DNA of 64,000 nt from Ruditapes philippinarum. Taxonomy: Eukaryota. Shown piece after piece: positions 40,397-52,892 of the stretch; positions within the stretch are counted from its first letter, which is position 1, and each line of letters starts with the position of its first letter. The notes beneath the pieces were generated by a model, which did no database searches, was not told where the DNA came from, and worked only from the letters and a program-made list of their open reading frames with translations. The stretch lies in NCBI RefSeq assembly GCF_026571515.1, contig NW_026858102.1, positions 1 through 64,000 of the forward strand, written 5' to 3'. A program made the position numbers and the translations under genes.

Positions 40397-40641
40397 CTTA
40401 TTTATTTATTTATTTATTTTCTTGGGTTTTACGTCGCACCAACACTGTAAATGTTATATGGCAGCTTTCTAGCTCTACTAATTATTAATATCAGGCCCTA
40501 ACTAGCACCTGAGTAGAACCACTGACCTTCCGTACGCTATCACGTAAAAGAATTCAAAGTTCCTGACTGGTTCGAACTCACGTCTGTGAGAGGCTAGTGG
40601 TTTTAAGTCAACAGCATTAACCAACCCGGCCATGTACGCCC
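40397..40641 (-). mobile_element. tRNA-derived SINE, in the probable 5'UTR intron of the second mucin gene
   Basis: B-box GAGTTCGAACC on the minus strand, (TAAA)n tail, and body shared with other SINEs in the window. Confidence 0.78.
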
Positions 40642-42324
40642 GAAACACACATTTCAAAATATACGAACACGTATAAACCCACATATTAGTAATAGTTAAC
40701 AGCATTTTAGTTTAATAGTTAATTTCTAGTTCAACATTTTCAATTTTAATTTTAGATACTTTTCTAATTATAAAATAATATTTAATTAAACTTACCAGAT
40801 TTCCGTCAACTGATCAGTCCAAGTAGCTGTAAAATAATGTTGAGAAAAAAAGAAAAGAAATGGTATGAAACCGGACCTTAAGTAGTTTATATTGTCCTTG
40901 CTAGTGTATTCAAATTTTACAAATACAAATCAGTAAGAAACAGGTTGTGTTTATTTCCTGTTTCATTCACGAGGACACAATCCGGAGTAAATCGATTATC
41001 TAGAGTTTGCATCAAAGTACTTTTATATACATGTTTAATAATTATTAATTGTTTAATGATATAGATCTGTTTGTTGACATTGTGAATAAATCATTTTGAG
41101 CCGGACTAGCTCGACTTTTCGAAGAATAGAATGAGCTATTGTAATCCCCCACCAAATTCTTTTATATATAAGAAATCACTCTCTTGCGAGCCAATACAAT
41201 GCAATGGGAATCCTGTCTTGCAATTACAAATACGTTTCAATTCCGAACTCTGTACATCTCTTGGGAGTCTATCTGTTTTAAATTGAACCTTTTTGTTATA
41301 ACAGGAAGTATACTTGTTTATATACGGGTTAATTGTTTGCCTGCAAATTGGTATCTGAAAGAAATGGGTTGAAACTTTACACACTTGTTCTCGGTGATAA
41401 TCTAACATGGTGGCCCCACCGTGGGCACAAGTCCCACGTGCACAACTCTGTGTTGCCTTTAAACAGAGTCATACTGTCTATCACTGAGGAGTCTTGCGGA
41501 CGGCTCTTGTTTTTCCTTTCTTTCTTTCTTTCTTTTTTGTATTTAGTAAGATAATAAAGCTTAACAACTCTCCCACACTCCGGCCCACACATGGTTTGAA
41601 CGTTTCTGGAATAAAGCAATGGAAGAAGAAGAAAAACACTGCAACTTTATACTTCTACACTAGATTGTATTAAATAACGGTCTTTTTTGTTTTTGCACTT
41701 TCAGCTTGCTTTGACTTTAAACCGCAGCAACGTTTATTTATAAGGTGTGCTGCAAGATTTCCTGTATTTTTTTATAAAACGGTAAACCCTTTTCAAAAAT
41801 AATTGATGTACGTATTTTGCTTTTTATTCTAATTTAACAGCTACATTTTCAGAAATAAATATGAAAATATACATCGATAATAATCATTTGTGAAATACTG
41901 ACTAATTATATGAAAATTTTGTATCTTTTTAGATACCAGAACCTTGTGTGAGTCAGAAGCTATATATACATAATTTCAGTAACATGCCTACTTTTCTTAC
42001 ATAATCAGGTCTTTTTATTCGCTGCGTACATGACTTCCAACTTTCTGACATACAGTCATAGATTTCCAAGATACGTGAAATATCATTTAGCAAGCACAAC
42101 AAAATGTGACCTCCTCGGCCATGAGATAATGTGTTATTCATATAAGCCGTAGTCTTATTACTATAAATTCTTAAAACATGGGTAAGGTTGTTTTTACACA
42201 GGTAGCCAGTTAAGTTTGACACACTGATATCTGCCAAAACTGATCTAGGAGCCATATATAAGAATAATTCATTAAGTTTATTTTGGGTTACATGTAACAT
42301 ATCTATCACAACCACTCGTCAGGT

Positions 42325-42351
42325 CACTGATTTATGTAATATAAATCCGTG
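42325..42351. mobile_element. 27-bp palindromic insert with 7-bp TSD (probable DNA-transposon footprint)
   Basis: GTCAGGT|CACTGATTTATGTAATATAAATCCGTG|GTCAGGT. Confidence 0.8.
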
Positions 42352-43739
42352 GTCAGGTGAACATTTCTTTACTTCAAGAACGTTTCAGCTTTAGTTTCAT
42401 AATCGTTTTTTACTTTTGCACATGCATTTCCGTGGCTCTATCCGGGAAGACGAATAAATGAACATTGTTTTTCATTTTAATTTAATGAGTAGCTATCTTA
42501 TTTCAAATCAGGCTCTAATGTGTTAGTACTTGAGTACTGAGATGTTAAAAACTTATAGTATATCTAGTTAGGTTACCCCCGTCACGAGTATGTCATGTAA
42601 ACAGTATATATATATCTAAAATAAACATACAAAAGTCTAATAATTTTTGTTCTAAATTTTAGTTACTTTATTTCTTTTGAACGATTACAGATGTTATTAT
42701 AGATATACAGGTGAACAGGACATTATTTATATGTTGACTATTATGTTTTTCGAAACCGGAAGTACTGTCGTATAGTACGCATTTCCTCAATTAAAACCCG
42801 TGGGTCAATTAGGTGGACAGCTCGTCCGGTCACATAGTAAACATACAAAACAACAATAGTACTTTCCGCCTGATAAAGATCTTAAATTACTAAAATGTGG
42901 ATAAAACATTTTATTAGCGGTAATTTCGGTGTCGTTTTTAATGTTAGTTTGGCACTCACTTAATTAATTTTGGTACGCAGTTATAACTTACTCTTTAAAT
43001 TGTTTAACTTGGAAACTTTGATTATAAATAAATGTTGAACTTACTGTAAATGCATATTCTAGTAAACAATAATTAAACTGAATGACATTTGAATATACAC
43101 TGTGTTGACTTATTGTATTTGAGTTTTTTCAGATAACCCGGTTACAATACAGTACAAGCTGTATTTGCGGTATGCCAGAAATACTTTTCAATCATAATGA
43201 CCGAAATTGACTTCCTTTTCCGTAAGGTGTCAAATAGAGGGAGACCGGGACAAAGAGAATAGACGGAGTTGGGGGGGGGGGGCGGGTAAATGCTCGCTGA
43301 AAATTATTTAGTACGTCGCTCATTATGCAAAATTTTAGTCACCCTAAATTTTAAGATATTTGATTGCCAGGGGAACGATAGCTACTTTCGGACAGTTACA
43401 GGAAGAAAATTTTACCGTATATCGTGTATTTTGTTGCAGCTGAAAGTATTTTTATAGGATTTAAATATTATTAAAACAAGAAATTATTTAGTTAAATCCT
43501 AAATATAGGTTATCATATAATATGAAACGTGCATGTATGCGAACTAACACGATGCCCATATCATGTGACTTTTGTGATCTGCATCCAATAGTAAAGTCAG
43601 TCCTCAAACTTAAAAAAAAATGTGTTCAACTGAATGAATTTAAATATTCTTTCTCAAATATCTAGTATAATTTTTTCAAGTTATTTGTTTGTTAAGTACA
43701 ATTATCACTAAGCGAAGTACTTCAAATGTCTGTTACACT

Positions 43740-45610
43740 TAAATATGAAATACACAAATATCGAATGAATTTGTACAAAAACACTCACAGTCTGAGAATT
43801 TCATACACTACAAGAGTGTGGTTTACAATAACATTACAACCTCTTTGGAAGTCAATTTCTTCACATTATTCCGTTCATAATATTTTTTTTCAGAGCACGG
43901 TCCCTTTTTTGACTTTTTATATTCTTTTTGGCTTTTTTTCTCCAACAATGCCCTCTAAGCTTGTAAGTAATTTGTGACTTGTTGGCTTAGAGCGACGCTT
44001 TTCTACAGACTCTGAACGTTTTCAACTTGTGGTGGAAGAAAAAGGTCGTCTACAGAAATTCCCCCTTCTTTAGGAATAATATCCATGACAACGTCATCGC
44101 CGGTAGCAAGCAGACTCATTAACTGACCAAGTTCATTTTTGTCTAAATTTGGAGCAAGTGAGTTATCAACTTGTTCCAATAAGATACTATCAGAAGAAAA
44201 CGAATGAGACACCGTGAGTAATAGACAGTGTGACTTCTTCAAGGGATTCTTTCATTGGAGCCGGCATAATCACTTCCTCATTAGAGATATTGCCTAGAGT
44301 TAAAACAGGCTCTAGTGGGATGACAACTGGTACGTAGGATTTATATTCCAAAACTATGACAGGTTTGAGGGAACTAACAACTTGTTCGGACATATTTTTC
44401 GATAAAATACAGACGCAGGGGACTAAGAATGTCTCCAGAGAACTGAAATAGGTCGAGTGCTGGGAAGATCAGTTAGCTTACTTGGACAGAAAGCCCATGT
44501 TGGCACTGCGCGTCTATTGAGAGGTATCATACCATAGGCTCTTAAACCATTTTGGACATTCGTTGATGACACAGCTTTCTCCCAAGCAAGTGAGAAAAGA
44601 GCAGGTCAACTACATGAAGAACATTTTGCTGCAAAAATAGAAGAACATGCATCAGTGTACGCCTTTTTCAACGGTCCAAAGACTGTGCGATCTAAGGGTT
44701 GTAGAAAATGGGTACAATGTGGTGGTAAACTCATGAGGGCAATATCCTCTCCAATAGCACGCTCTATTATAGCCAAACTCTCATGCGATCAATGGCCATC
44801 CATTATTATACTGCGGGCGGTCAGGACCACAGTGTTTAAGAAAGACTGTGTCAAACCACTCTTCAGCAATGTCATCTGTTATCCATCCTTTCTGTTGAAA
44901 TGTCCAGACAGATTTGTCAAGGGTTCCAAGTGTATTGAATCCCAACAAAGACCGTTTGGTTTTGCCTTTGGTGATAAACATGGGAGGCATGTGATCACCT
45001 GCACCGTTAACGCAAGCCATCAACGTAATATTCGATGACTTGTTGCTGGTCCTGCTCACGACATATTTCTCTACTCTTCCAGCGTAGACCTTGACTGGAT
45101 TACATGTATGTTCCATATTAAATCCGGATTCATCACACTTCCAGATGTATTGCGACTTGTACTGCAGATTATTTGCAGTAACAACTGACTAGTGTGTCAG
45201 AGTACTTTCCCAGCACTTCTGGATTTAACATGCATGCCCTTCCAGATGACAATTTATAGGGCTTTCTTAAAACAAGGTCTGGGAATTGGCGCTTGAAACC
45301 ATTAAGCTTTGAAATCATTATAATCGGAATTGATCTTTAGTCGGTCGCACGGTACATGTGTCCTTCAATATATGTTTACAGCTAAGGCCAACCCCAAGTT
45401 TAACGAGTTTTTCTTCTACAACAGCAGGTAATGCTGGTGGTCTGCCATGACTAGTGTTCAAGCCATGCTTTCCTAACTTGCGGTCACCAATCGTTAGCCT
45501 CCATAATTGTCGACCTCGGCACATTAAAATGTTTGGACATCCTGGCTTTAACAGCTCTAAAAGCGTTTTCTAAGGATTTTATTTATATCTCATAGTTTTC
45601 CCCTATAAGC
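43740..45610 (-). pseudogene. Degenerate pogo/Tigger-like (Tc1/mariner superfamily) transposase
   Basis: Fragmented frames give a psq-type HTH (KHFNVPRST), DESGFN, ITLMACVNGAG..MPPMFI.KGK, GWIT, DGH and LPPHCTHFLQPLDRTVFGPLKKAY, plus possible remains of a C-terminal Cys/His finger. Many stops and frameshifts; no TIRs identified. Confidence 0.88.
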
Positions 45611-46824
45611 AGAGCGTACCTCGGCTTATTATGAGTGTACGCCGAGTGCCGGTTTTTGGCCGAAGGATCGCGAGAGCCTTATATATGTGCTATAACTAAG
45701 GATTTAGGGGATATTTAAGCTAATTGAACTACTTGTCTTTATCTATAGTTATGAAAATGACATCAAGTACATATATTGAATGTTAGAGAAATAGTACGAA
45801 GTCTATCGTGTACACTGTTTTAAATAGTTCAAAGTTATTTGCTTTTACAAAAACAAAACATAGCCAGGTATCTGTCTTTGTAACAAGTTCAGTTTTTTCT
45901 TTGTTATTTTTCTTTTGTTTCACCATAACTTAACGCGAGATATTATCAAGGAAAATATGCTTTAAAATGATCGGTATGACTTTAATACAAACACAACAGC
46001 TTAAATGTTTAGTGTAACGAAATTTTATCGTATTCACAGCTAAAATGTAATATCGCACGATCATTTAGCTTTCTTAAAATATTTTTAATGCGTATTATGT
46101 CAATGTTGTAGACAATAAATACTGTCTTTAACATTTTTGTTCTCAACTCTAGTCTTTCAATTTCCATTCGAAATATTTAAGTTATTTCATTACGGAGTTA
46201 AATGCCTCACGCACATAAAGTATGTTGGTATAAACAGACTAATAAAAGAATTTAAACATGATTTGTCTTATATGGTTATACATATATACGTCATTGTTTT
46301 CAGAAGTGTGCAATTTTTTTACTCAATAAAATAATACAGTAGAAACAATTTTCTGTAGTGATATATTTTGTAAATACTTGTATTCTGTTTTGCGGTCAAA
46401 TAAGCAAAAGTTGAATTTGGTTTGTGACGATGGGTGTTGGCAATAGTTCAAATCTATTCTACATAATTTGAAATGAATTTGAGTGAATATTACTAACTTA
46501 AATAATATACTGATTTATAGTTACAAGGTGAAATATCAAAGACATTCCATACAGCTAACTCACTCCCTAACGCCAAGTTGCAAACAAGATCTTTATTTTG
46601 CATATAGATCTAGATGTAAATCAAAGCACTGAAGGCGCTGAATTTGTTTGGGTCTCAGAATGTCAGAAAGGTGAAGGTTGTGAGATTATATAACCAATTT
46701 GTTTTCGTATAGTGCCACCAATGCTTCCCAGTGTTTTAACTGTAGTAAATTGGCTATAAGTCTAATTGCAACACTGATATTCAGTTCAATGTTTATTTGA
46801 CTTAAACAATTAAAAAAATGAGTT

Positions 46825-46892
46825 GCCTTAACTGGGACTCGAACTTCAGACCTCTCGATTCCTAAGCGAGCGTGCAAACCCCTCGGCCACTG
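46825..46892 (-). mobile_element. tRNA-like head (SINE/TE-derived), not a functional tRNA
   Basis: Minus-strand GTGGCCGAGGGG ... AGTTCGAGTCCC; the cloverleaf is incomplete. Confidence 0.55.
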
Positions 46893-47309
46893 TGAAGTTA
46901 TATGTACACGGTCTAAGAACCATATTATTCTAAATTAGGGTTTGTAACTCTTATTATTTCGACGCTAGACCTGTTGTTTAACACAGATGTAAATAATCAT
47001 GGAGCTTACTATAAGAAAGAATAAAACAATTTTAAAAATCTGCGACCATTCTGGAACTAGTTTGCTTGAAAATTAATGCGCCTGTCATTTGACAATCTTT
47101 ACGCAGTGATCTCCCCTGAATATTTCGACGCTAGTGTACATATAAAGGGAAGTAACCGCTTCAAAAAAGCGGACTACTTTCGGCATTTGCAATTAACAAC
47201 ATCAGGGTCTGAAATTTCGCTACCATTATTTGTTTGGTCTGACGACCCAAACGTAGAATCAATTAGCAGCTACGAATATGATGATCGGTCAAAATCTTTT
47301 TATATATGT

Positions 47310-48000
47310 AACTCGCGTATTGACATCGTTCAGTCATTTAAATACCTTGGTGTTCATTTGTTTAAAAACGGGAAATGGAATCGCACGCAACAGAGAATCG
47401 CTCAACATGCTCAGTTTTCACTTCACAATTTATTTATTGTTTACAACCTATTAGAACTACCTGTATCCCAAAAAAATATATCTTTTTGATTCTCTTGTAA
47501 TGTCTTCTCTTAATAACTTATGGGGTTACCACGCTGGACCAGATATTGAGATTGTACATACGAAATTTTGTAGGAAAGTTCTATGCGTAAAACGCTCAAC
47601 AAACGAAGATGCTCTGTACGGCGAATTAGGGAGGACACCAATGAATGTGTATCGAAAAATTATATTGATAAAATACTGGGTTAAACTAATTACTTTGGAT
47701 AATCAATCACTACTATTTAAAACTTATAATATGTTGACGAGGGATGCTGAATTAGGACATACATATAATGGTAATAACTGGGCTAGTCAGATTAAATAAA
47801 TACTTTATAATTACGGTTAAATGTACTTATGGCAAAACCAATTTAACATTTAAATTAGCGTAAATATGATTAAACAATTGATATTAGATGTGTATTATCA
47901 ACAATGGTGCTCATCAATAAATAACTCTCCTCGTCTCGAAACGTATTGTTTATATAAACATGAATGTAAATTAGAAAGTTATCTCGACTTTATACAGATA
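47310..48000 (+). mobile_element. Degenerate LINE ORF2 C-terminal fragment (RTE-X-like, tentative)
   Basis: FKYLG, LFDSLV, IEIVHTKFCRKVLCVKRST, LYGELGRTP and IKYWVKL across frameshifts. Confidence 0.8.
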
Positions 48001-48001
48001 A

Positions 48002-48308
48002 CCGAGTGTTTTGGTGTTCTTTCTCTTTTGTATCATAGTCAAACATAAAAACACGTTCCCTGTTGTCACAATATGAAACCCCGGCAAAAATGAACCAATG
48101 AACGAACATCTGAATATGATATTTCTGTCGCTTTCCCTTTCTCTGCCGTCACAATAAGTAAACCCCAGCAAAAATGAACCAATCAATGGGCATGCTCTGG
48201 AGTGCGGGTACCTAATATCCGCACTCCAGTTAACGCACTGTGCATGTATATGTATACCATTTAACCCTGACACATTTTCAACAGAAACGTCTCCAAACTA
48301 TGATACAA
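48002..48308 (+). repeat. Second copy of the interspersed repeat at 10746-11049
   Basis: Colinear similarity; abuts the end of the LINE fragment. Confidence 0.85.
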
Positions 48309-48417
48309 ATAATATATAGACTATTATGTATAAAGTATATTTTTTTTTCTAGAGTTACTTTTTTACACTATCCCAACACTGTGCCGGTCCCTTTGGTTAA
48401 TTACACATTTAAAATTA

Positions 48418-48423
48418 TTAAAA

Positions 48424-48462
<39 letters not shown>

Positions 48463-48463
48463 A
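48418..48463. repeat. (AAAT)n microsatellite
   Basis: Read directly from the sequence. Confidence 0.95.
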
Positions 48464-48656
48464 ATGGGATAAATTTTACATCAACATGAAGTAGCCTTGT
48501 GCACGTGGTTATAGACCATTTTGAAATTTAGCGCGTGTGCAATGATTATAAAATATTATTAGATCTACACTTATTTTTAACATGGAGCTAAATATGTGCA
48601 TGTATACCTGTGTTTTTAAAGTGTAGTTTATTGTTATAAAATATTGTCAGTTCTAT

Positions 48657-48686
48657 CACGGATTTATATTATAATATAAATCCGTG
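48657..48686. mobile_element. 30-bp perfect palindromic insert with 7-bp TSD (probable DNA-transposon footprint)
   Basis: GTTCTAT|CACGGATTTATATTATAATATAAATCCGTG|GTTCTAT. Confidence 0.85.
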
Positions 48687-49202
48687 GTTCTATGCCTCTG
48701 GAGAAAATGTCGTAACGGGACACCATATTCAACTGTTAGACAAACTTTAACAACAACGGCCTTCCATAGATCTGACAGCTTGTGATCAAGACGCTTTCAA
48801 TAAAATATGTATTTGTAAGCGTCTGACCAACAAAGAAGAAAAGGCAAGTTTGAATTCGACGAGCGGTAACAAAACAAAGTTAAAAACCTAAAAAGAACCA
48901 TTTTACGATAATATTATTCGCATTTATCTTGAGATTAAGGTTGGGAATAATTTCATTAAAGCATACTTCAAAAGTTATGTTAAAACATGGTGTAAACAAT
49001 TTGTATATAAGCAACAGTTTGGTTCACAAATTATGGGCCAAATTTAAGAATCTAGATCTATGCCAATTTCAAAATTTATGTTTAATTTTCGTTTTGACTC
49101 TTACTGCACTAAACTGAATATCAGTGAGATAAATGAAAATCTAAATTAACTTGATATCAGAGAATGAATGAGGCAAAATTCTAAATTTATCCAATCAATG
49201 AT

Positions 49203-49989
49203 GGTTTACAGACACTTCACCCCCCCAGACACTTCACCCTAGGCCCTTTTTTGCAGACACCTCACCCCTTAGACAGTTCACCCCTCATTTTAAGAAATTT
49301 TATTAAGACACTTCACCCCCCATTTTTTTTATTTTGTGTTCAACAATAATTTATGTTCAAAAATGTCAAATGTATTCAATACTGTACAGTAGTGATTGAG
49401 TATGTTTATTGTCTTAACAAATGTTATATATTATTTTATCATGTAATTGACCAAAGACAATGGTTATATTGTTGTTTTTGCACTACAAAAAGGCTCATAT
49501 CACAAAGTTGAAAGTAAGTAAATTTTTGTTCTTTATTTTTATATATTAATACTTATTTCAATTTATGTGTAAGTGATATAACTAATTGAATAATCTTTCT
49601 ATTGAAGTGTGTGAACTTTTGCCAGTGTTTAACACTGTTGCAGAATAGAAAATGTCTGTGAAGGTCTCCTCTGACTGAAACTGTAAATAAATATATATAT
49701 ACATGTGTGTACATGTGTCACAGTGTGTTCTCTCAATGTTATGTTTCAATGATATAATATATATAAGTGTTTGTCAGCTGTAAATTGTTGTTCATGTTAA
49801 ATGTTTTACTAAAAAATAATAAAAATAAACATATCAAGGCATTATGTTGTTGACTTATTTACTTTATATAAAAAAATGGATGAGGGGTGAAGTGTCTTAG
49901 GGTAATTTGGGGGGTGAAGTGTCTTGAGGGGTGAAGTGTCTTCAAAATTTGAGGGGTGAAGTGTCTGGGGGGTGAAGTGTCTTGCTACC
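49203..49989. mobile_element. Non-autonomous foldback-type DNA transposon, 8-bp TSD
   Basis: TSD TCAATGAT at 49195-49202 and 49990-49997; inverted subterminal arrays of GACACTTCACCCC. Confidence 0.9.
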
Positions 49990-50168
49990 TCAATGATATA
50001 GAAAATCATCTGCAGTTTGTAGCAAGGAAGCATTTAAACAGATTTATTGTACATTGTATTCTGAACATTTTCTTATAAACTATCCCAATCTTTAATACTA
50101 CTGTAAAAACAATGTTCCAATGCATTTTGAATTACATTGAGAAAATTTTATGTAAAAATTATTTGATC

Positions 50169-51615
50169 GGGAAACGGACAAAAGCCCTCCCAGACAAAAG
50201 CCCTCCCATCAAAAAATGCAAAAAATAATTCTTTTATCTGTATCACTGAGAAGCTTAGCCGGTGAAACAGTATGTTTAAGCTCGTCTAATTTATCGGAGA
50301 CTCCGACGGGTAAACTCGATTTAACTGGAACTGACACGGACGTGACGGAGCCTTCTGTCCCAGGAATATGTTTTCCATGTGACTTATTTGTCGTACTAAT
50401 CTTATCCGGAACTGTAACGACCGGACCTTTAGTGCCCGAAATTTTCGTAGACACCTTAGAACTCGAATCTTCCGTCAAACTTGTCGAACTGTGACTAGTT
50501 GAAGGAACACTGACGGGACTAAAACCCGAAGCCATTTTTCTATAGTCTATAGCTTTTCTAGCCCTAGAACTCCTCATTCAAAACAGAAAATTATGTTACA
50601 GAAAGCTCTGTATTCAACGTCAAAAGAAAAACAAATTCAAAATAAAAGTTTTTCCCCACTGGGAAACTCCTCTGAAGAACGTAAATTAGTCCATATAAAA
50701 CTGTATCCTAGAGAAGCAAAGTAACCACAAAAATATTATATTCTTTTCAAAATGGCCACAGACAAAAGCCCTAACATTCATGAAAAATGACTGGTGGACA
50801 AAAAAAGCCTTATTTATAATAACCCGTGAAATTCAAAACTAGATTTTAAAAGGGAGACAATAAGCCACAAAAGCCCTCCCGTAACAAAAATAATTATGTA
50901 TGTATGTTGAATACCTGTGTTTTTTTCATTGCACTCAACATATTAAAATTGTTACATATATTTCTTGTTGTTTCAATTGGCCTAAGTATGGTGTACGAGT
51001 TAGAACCAACCTTTTAAAATTCTGAATTCTTCTTCCATTGCAAACTTTTTTACCACGAAATGTAGTTTTAATTAAAAAAAAAATCACTTTTATAAAGTAA
51101 ATGAATCAATTAACGGCAATATTATAAATGTATTTTAAAACTTTTAAAGTTAGATAATTTTAATTCTTTTCATTATGATTACTCTACAATTAATATTAAT
51201 TCACATAGGAAGTAACCTTCATATCTACGTTGAATAAAAAATGCAACTTTTAAAGCATTTTAGCACTTATTATTCAGATGGCCTCTAGGATATGTGGCTT
51301 CAACTCAATACAAACACAGGTTATGGCCAATGGAAAACAAAAATATTCATGGAATCACAATTTTTTTGATATTGTTGAGGTGCGATTGAAAAAATCATAA
51401 ACTATTCAAAAGTACATATGTATTTGCTGCGGGAGGGCTTTTGTCCGCCCTATTATTTTCACAGGAGGGCTTTTGTCCGCCAAGTCATTTTTACGATAGG
51501 GCTTTTGTCCGACCTGTCATTTTCATGGGAGAGCTTTTGTCCGCCTTGTTATTTTCACGGGAGGTCTTTTGTCCGCCTTGTCACTTTTTGACGGGAGGGC
51601 TTTTGTCCTACACTC
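50169..51615. mobile_element. Non-autonomous foldback-type DNA transposon, 8-bp TSD, with an internal foreign segment
   Basis: TSD ATTTGATC at 50161-50168 and 51616-51623; inverted arrays of GACAAAAGCCCTCC. Confidence 0.9.
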
Positions 51616-51871
51616 ATTTGATCTAGTGTCTTGACTTGCATGTGTTTGTGTGTTTCACTTTCAGATAGTACACATGAAGCAAATAATTTTTATGTAAGGT
51701 GGACAAGTGTAAAAAATCTTATGTATATGATTAAGTCTTAATTGTTTTACTCTATTTTCAATATTTAACAAGTACATGTTCATTCACATCTGTAAAATTT
51801 GAAGGACTTCTAAACACTAGTTCTTGGATGGTTCTCTTAAGTAAATCAATGCACTTGTTAGTTGTAGGAAG

Positions 51872-52755
51872 GGTAATAGGACATTTCAGACCATGGACAT
51901 TTCAGACCAGATTTTGGGACACTTCGGACCATATTTCGGGATTTTTGGACATTTTGGACCATGTATTGGACATTTCGGATCATGAGTTAGACACTTCAGA
52001 CCATCGTTTTGGACATTTCGGACCAGATCAAATATTATTTTTTGATATATTATGCATCAATTATTCTATAAACTAAAGAGTAACTTTAGTATAAATGAGA
52101 CACTATGGAACGATTTTACACCTATCCCGATTAAGATTTTATATATTTTGCAATATAAATGAAGAAAATTAAGGAAAAAAAACAAGCAATGTTTTGTTGA
52201 CACACATTTGCAAACAATTTATTATAAAGTATATATACAAAAAGACATGACGAAATATAACTTTTTCAGTTTGTAAGCTGTATAAGTTATGAGGATGAAA
52301 TCAATTTCTACATCGTTTTATATTGCAGTCTGGACATCAAATTTTTGACAATCCATTTGTTTATTGTTTATTATTGATTAAAACTGTACTTAACCGCATT
52401 CCAATCAAACCAATCAATTTAAATAGTTGTTGTCAAATTAGGTACAAATTACAATACATACTTACGTGTTCTATTCAGCAATTAAAACATGTGAAAAACT
52501 GCATTGAGTCTGACAAGGATGTCGTTGTTCTTTAATACCTGCCAGAACACAATTTAATTTGGTAAAAATTTACTTTATAATAACAAATAATCATAATTAT
52601 ATAAAAAGGGAATAAATGGTCTGTTGAAAAAAAGTTCTGGTCAGAAGTGTCCCCATCATGGTCCGATATGTCCCAAAATCTGGTCCGAAATGACCAATAA
52701 ATCGGGTCCGAAGTGTCTGGTCCGAAACGTCCGTGGTCTGAAATGTCCGTACTTC
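51872..52755. mobile_element. Non-autonomous foldback-type DNA transposon, 8-bp TSD
   Basis: TSD GTAGGAAG at 51864-51871 and 52756-52763; inverted arrays of GGACA(C/T)TTCGGACC. Confidence 0.9.
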
Positions 52756-52892
52756 GTAGGAAGTATATGGCAGGTATAATTATGTCAACTAAGTACTTGT
52801 CCCCTCCTTTGTTGAATTCATGCTTTTTTATCTGAAATTACCATCAATTTTTATTTCAAGATATGGTGCACACTAGACATAACTAGATCAAG

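Noticed and set aside
47076-47310. N-terminal half of the 137-aa ORF as a host gene
   Set aside because: No recognisable motif; it is a chance in-frame extension onto the LINE fragment.
49203-52755. Short repeats with variable spacers resembling CRISPR arrays
   Set aside because: Eukaryotic context, repeats only 13-14 bp, inverted at the two ends of TSD-flanked elements, and no cas genes.
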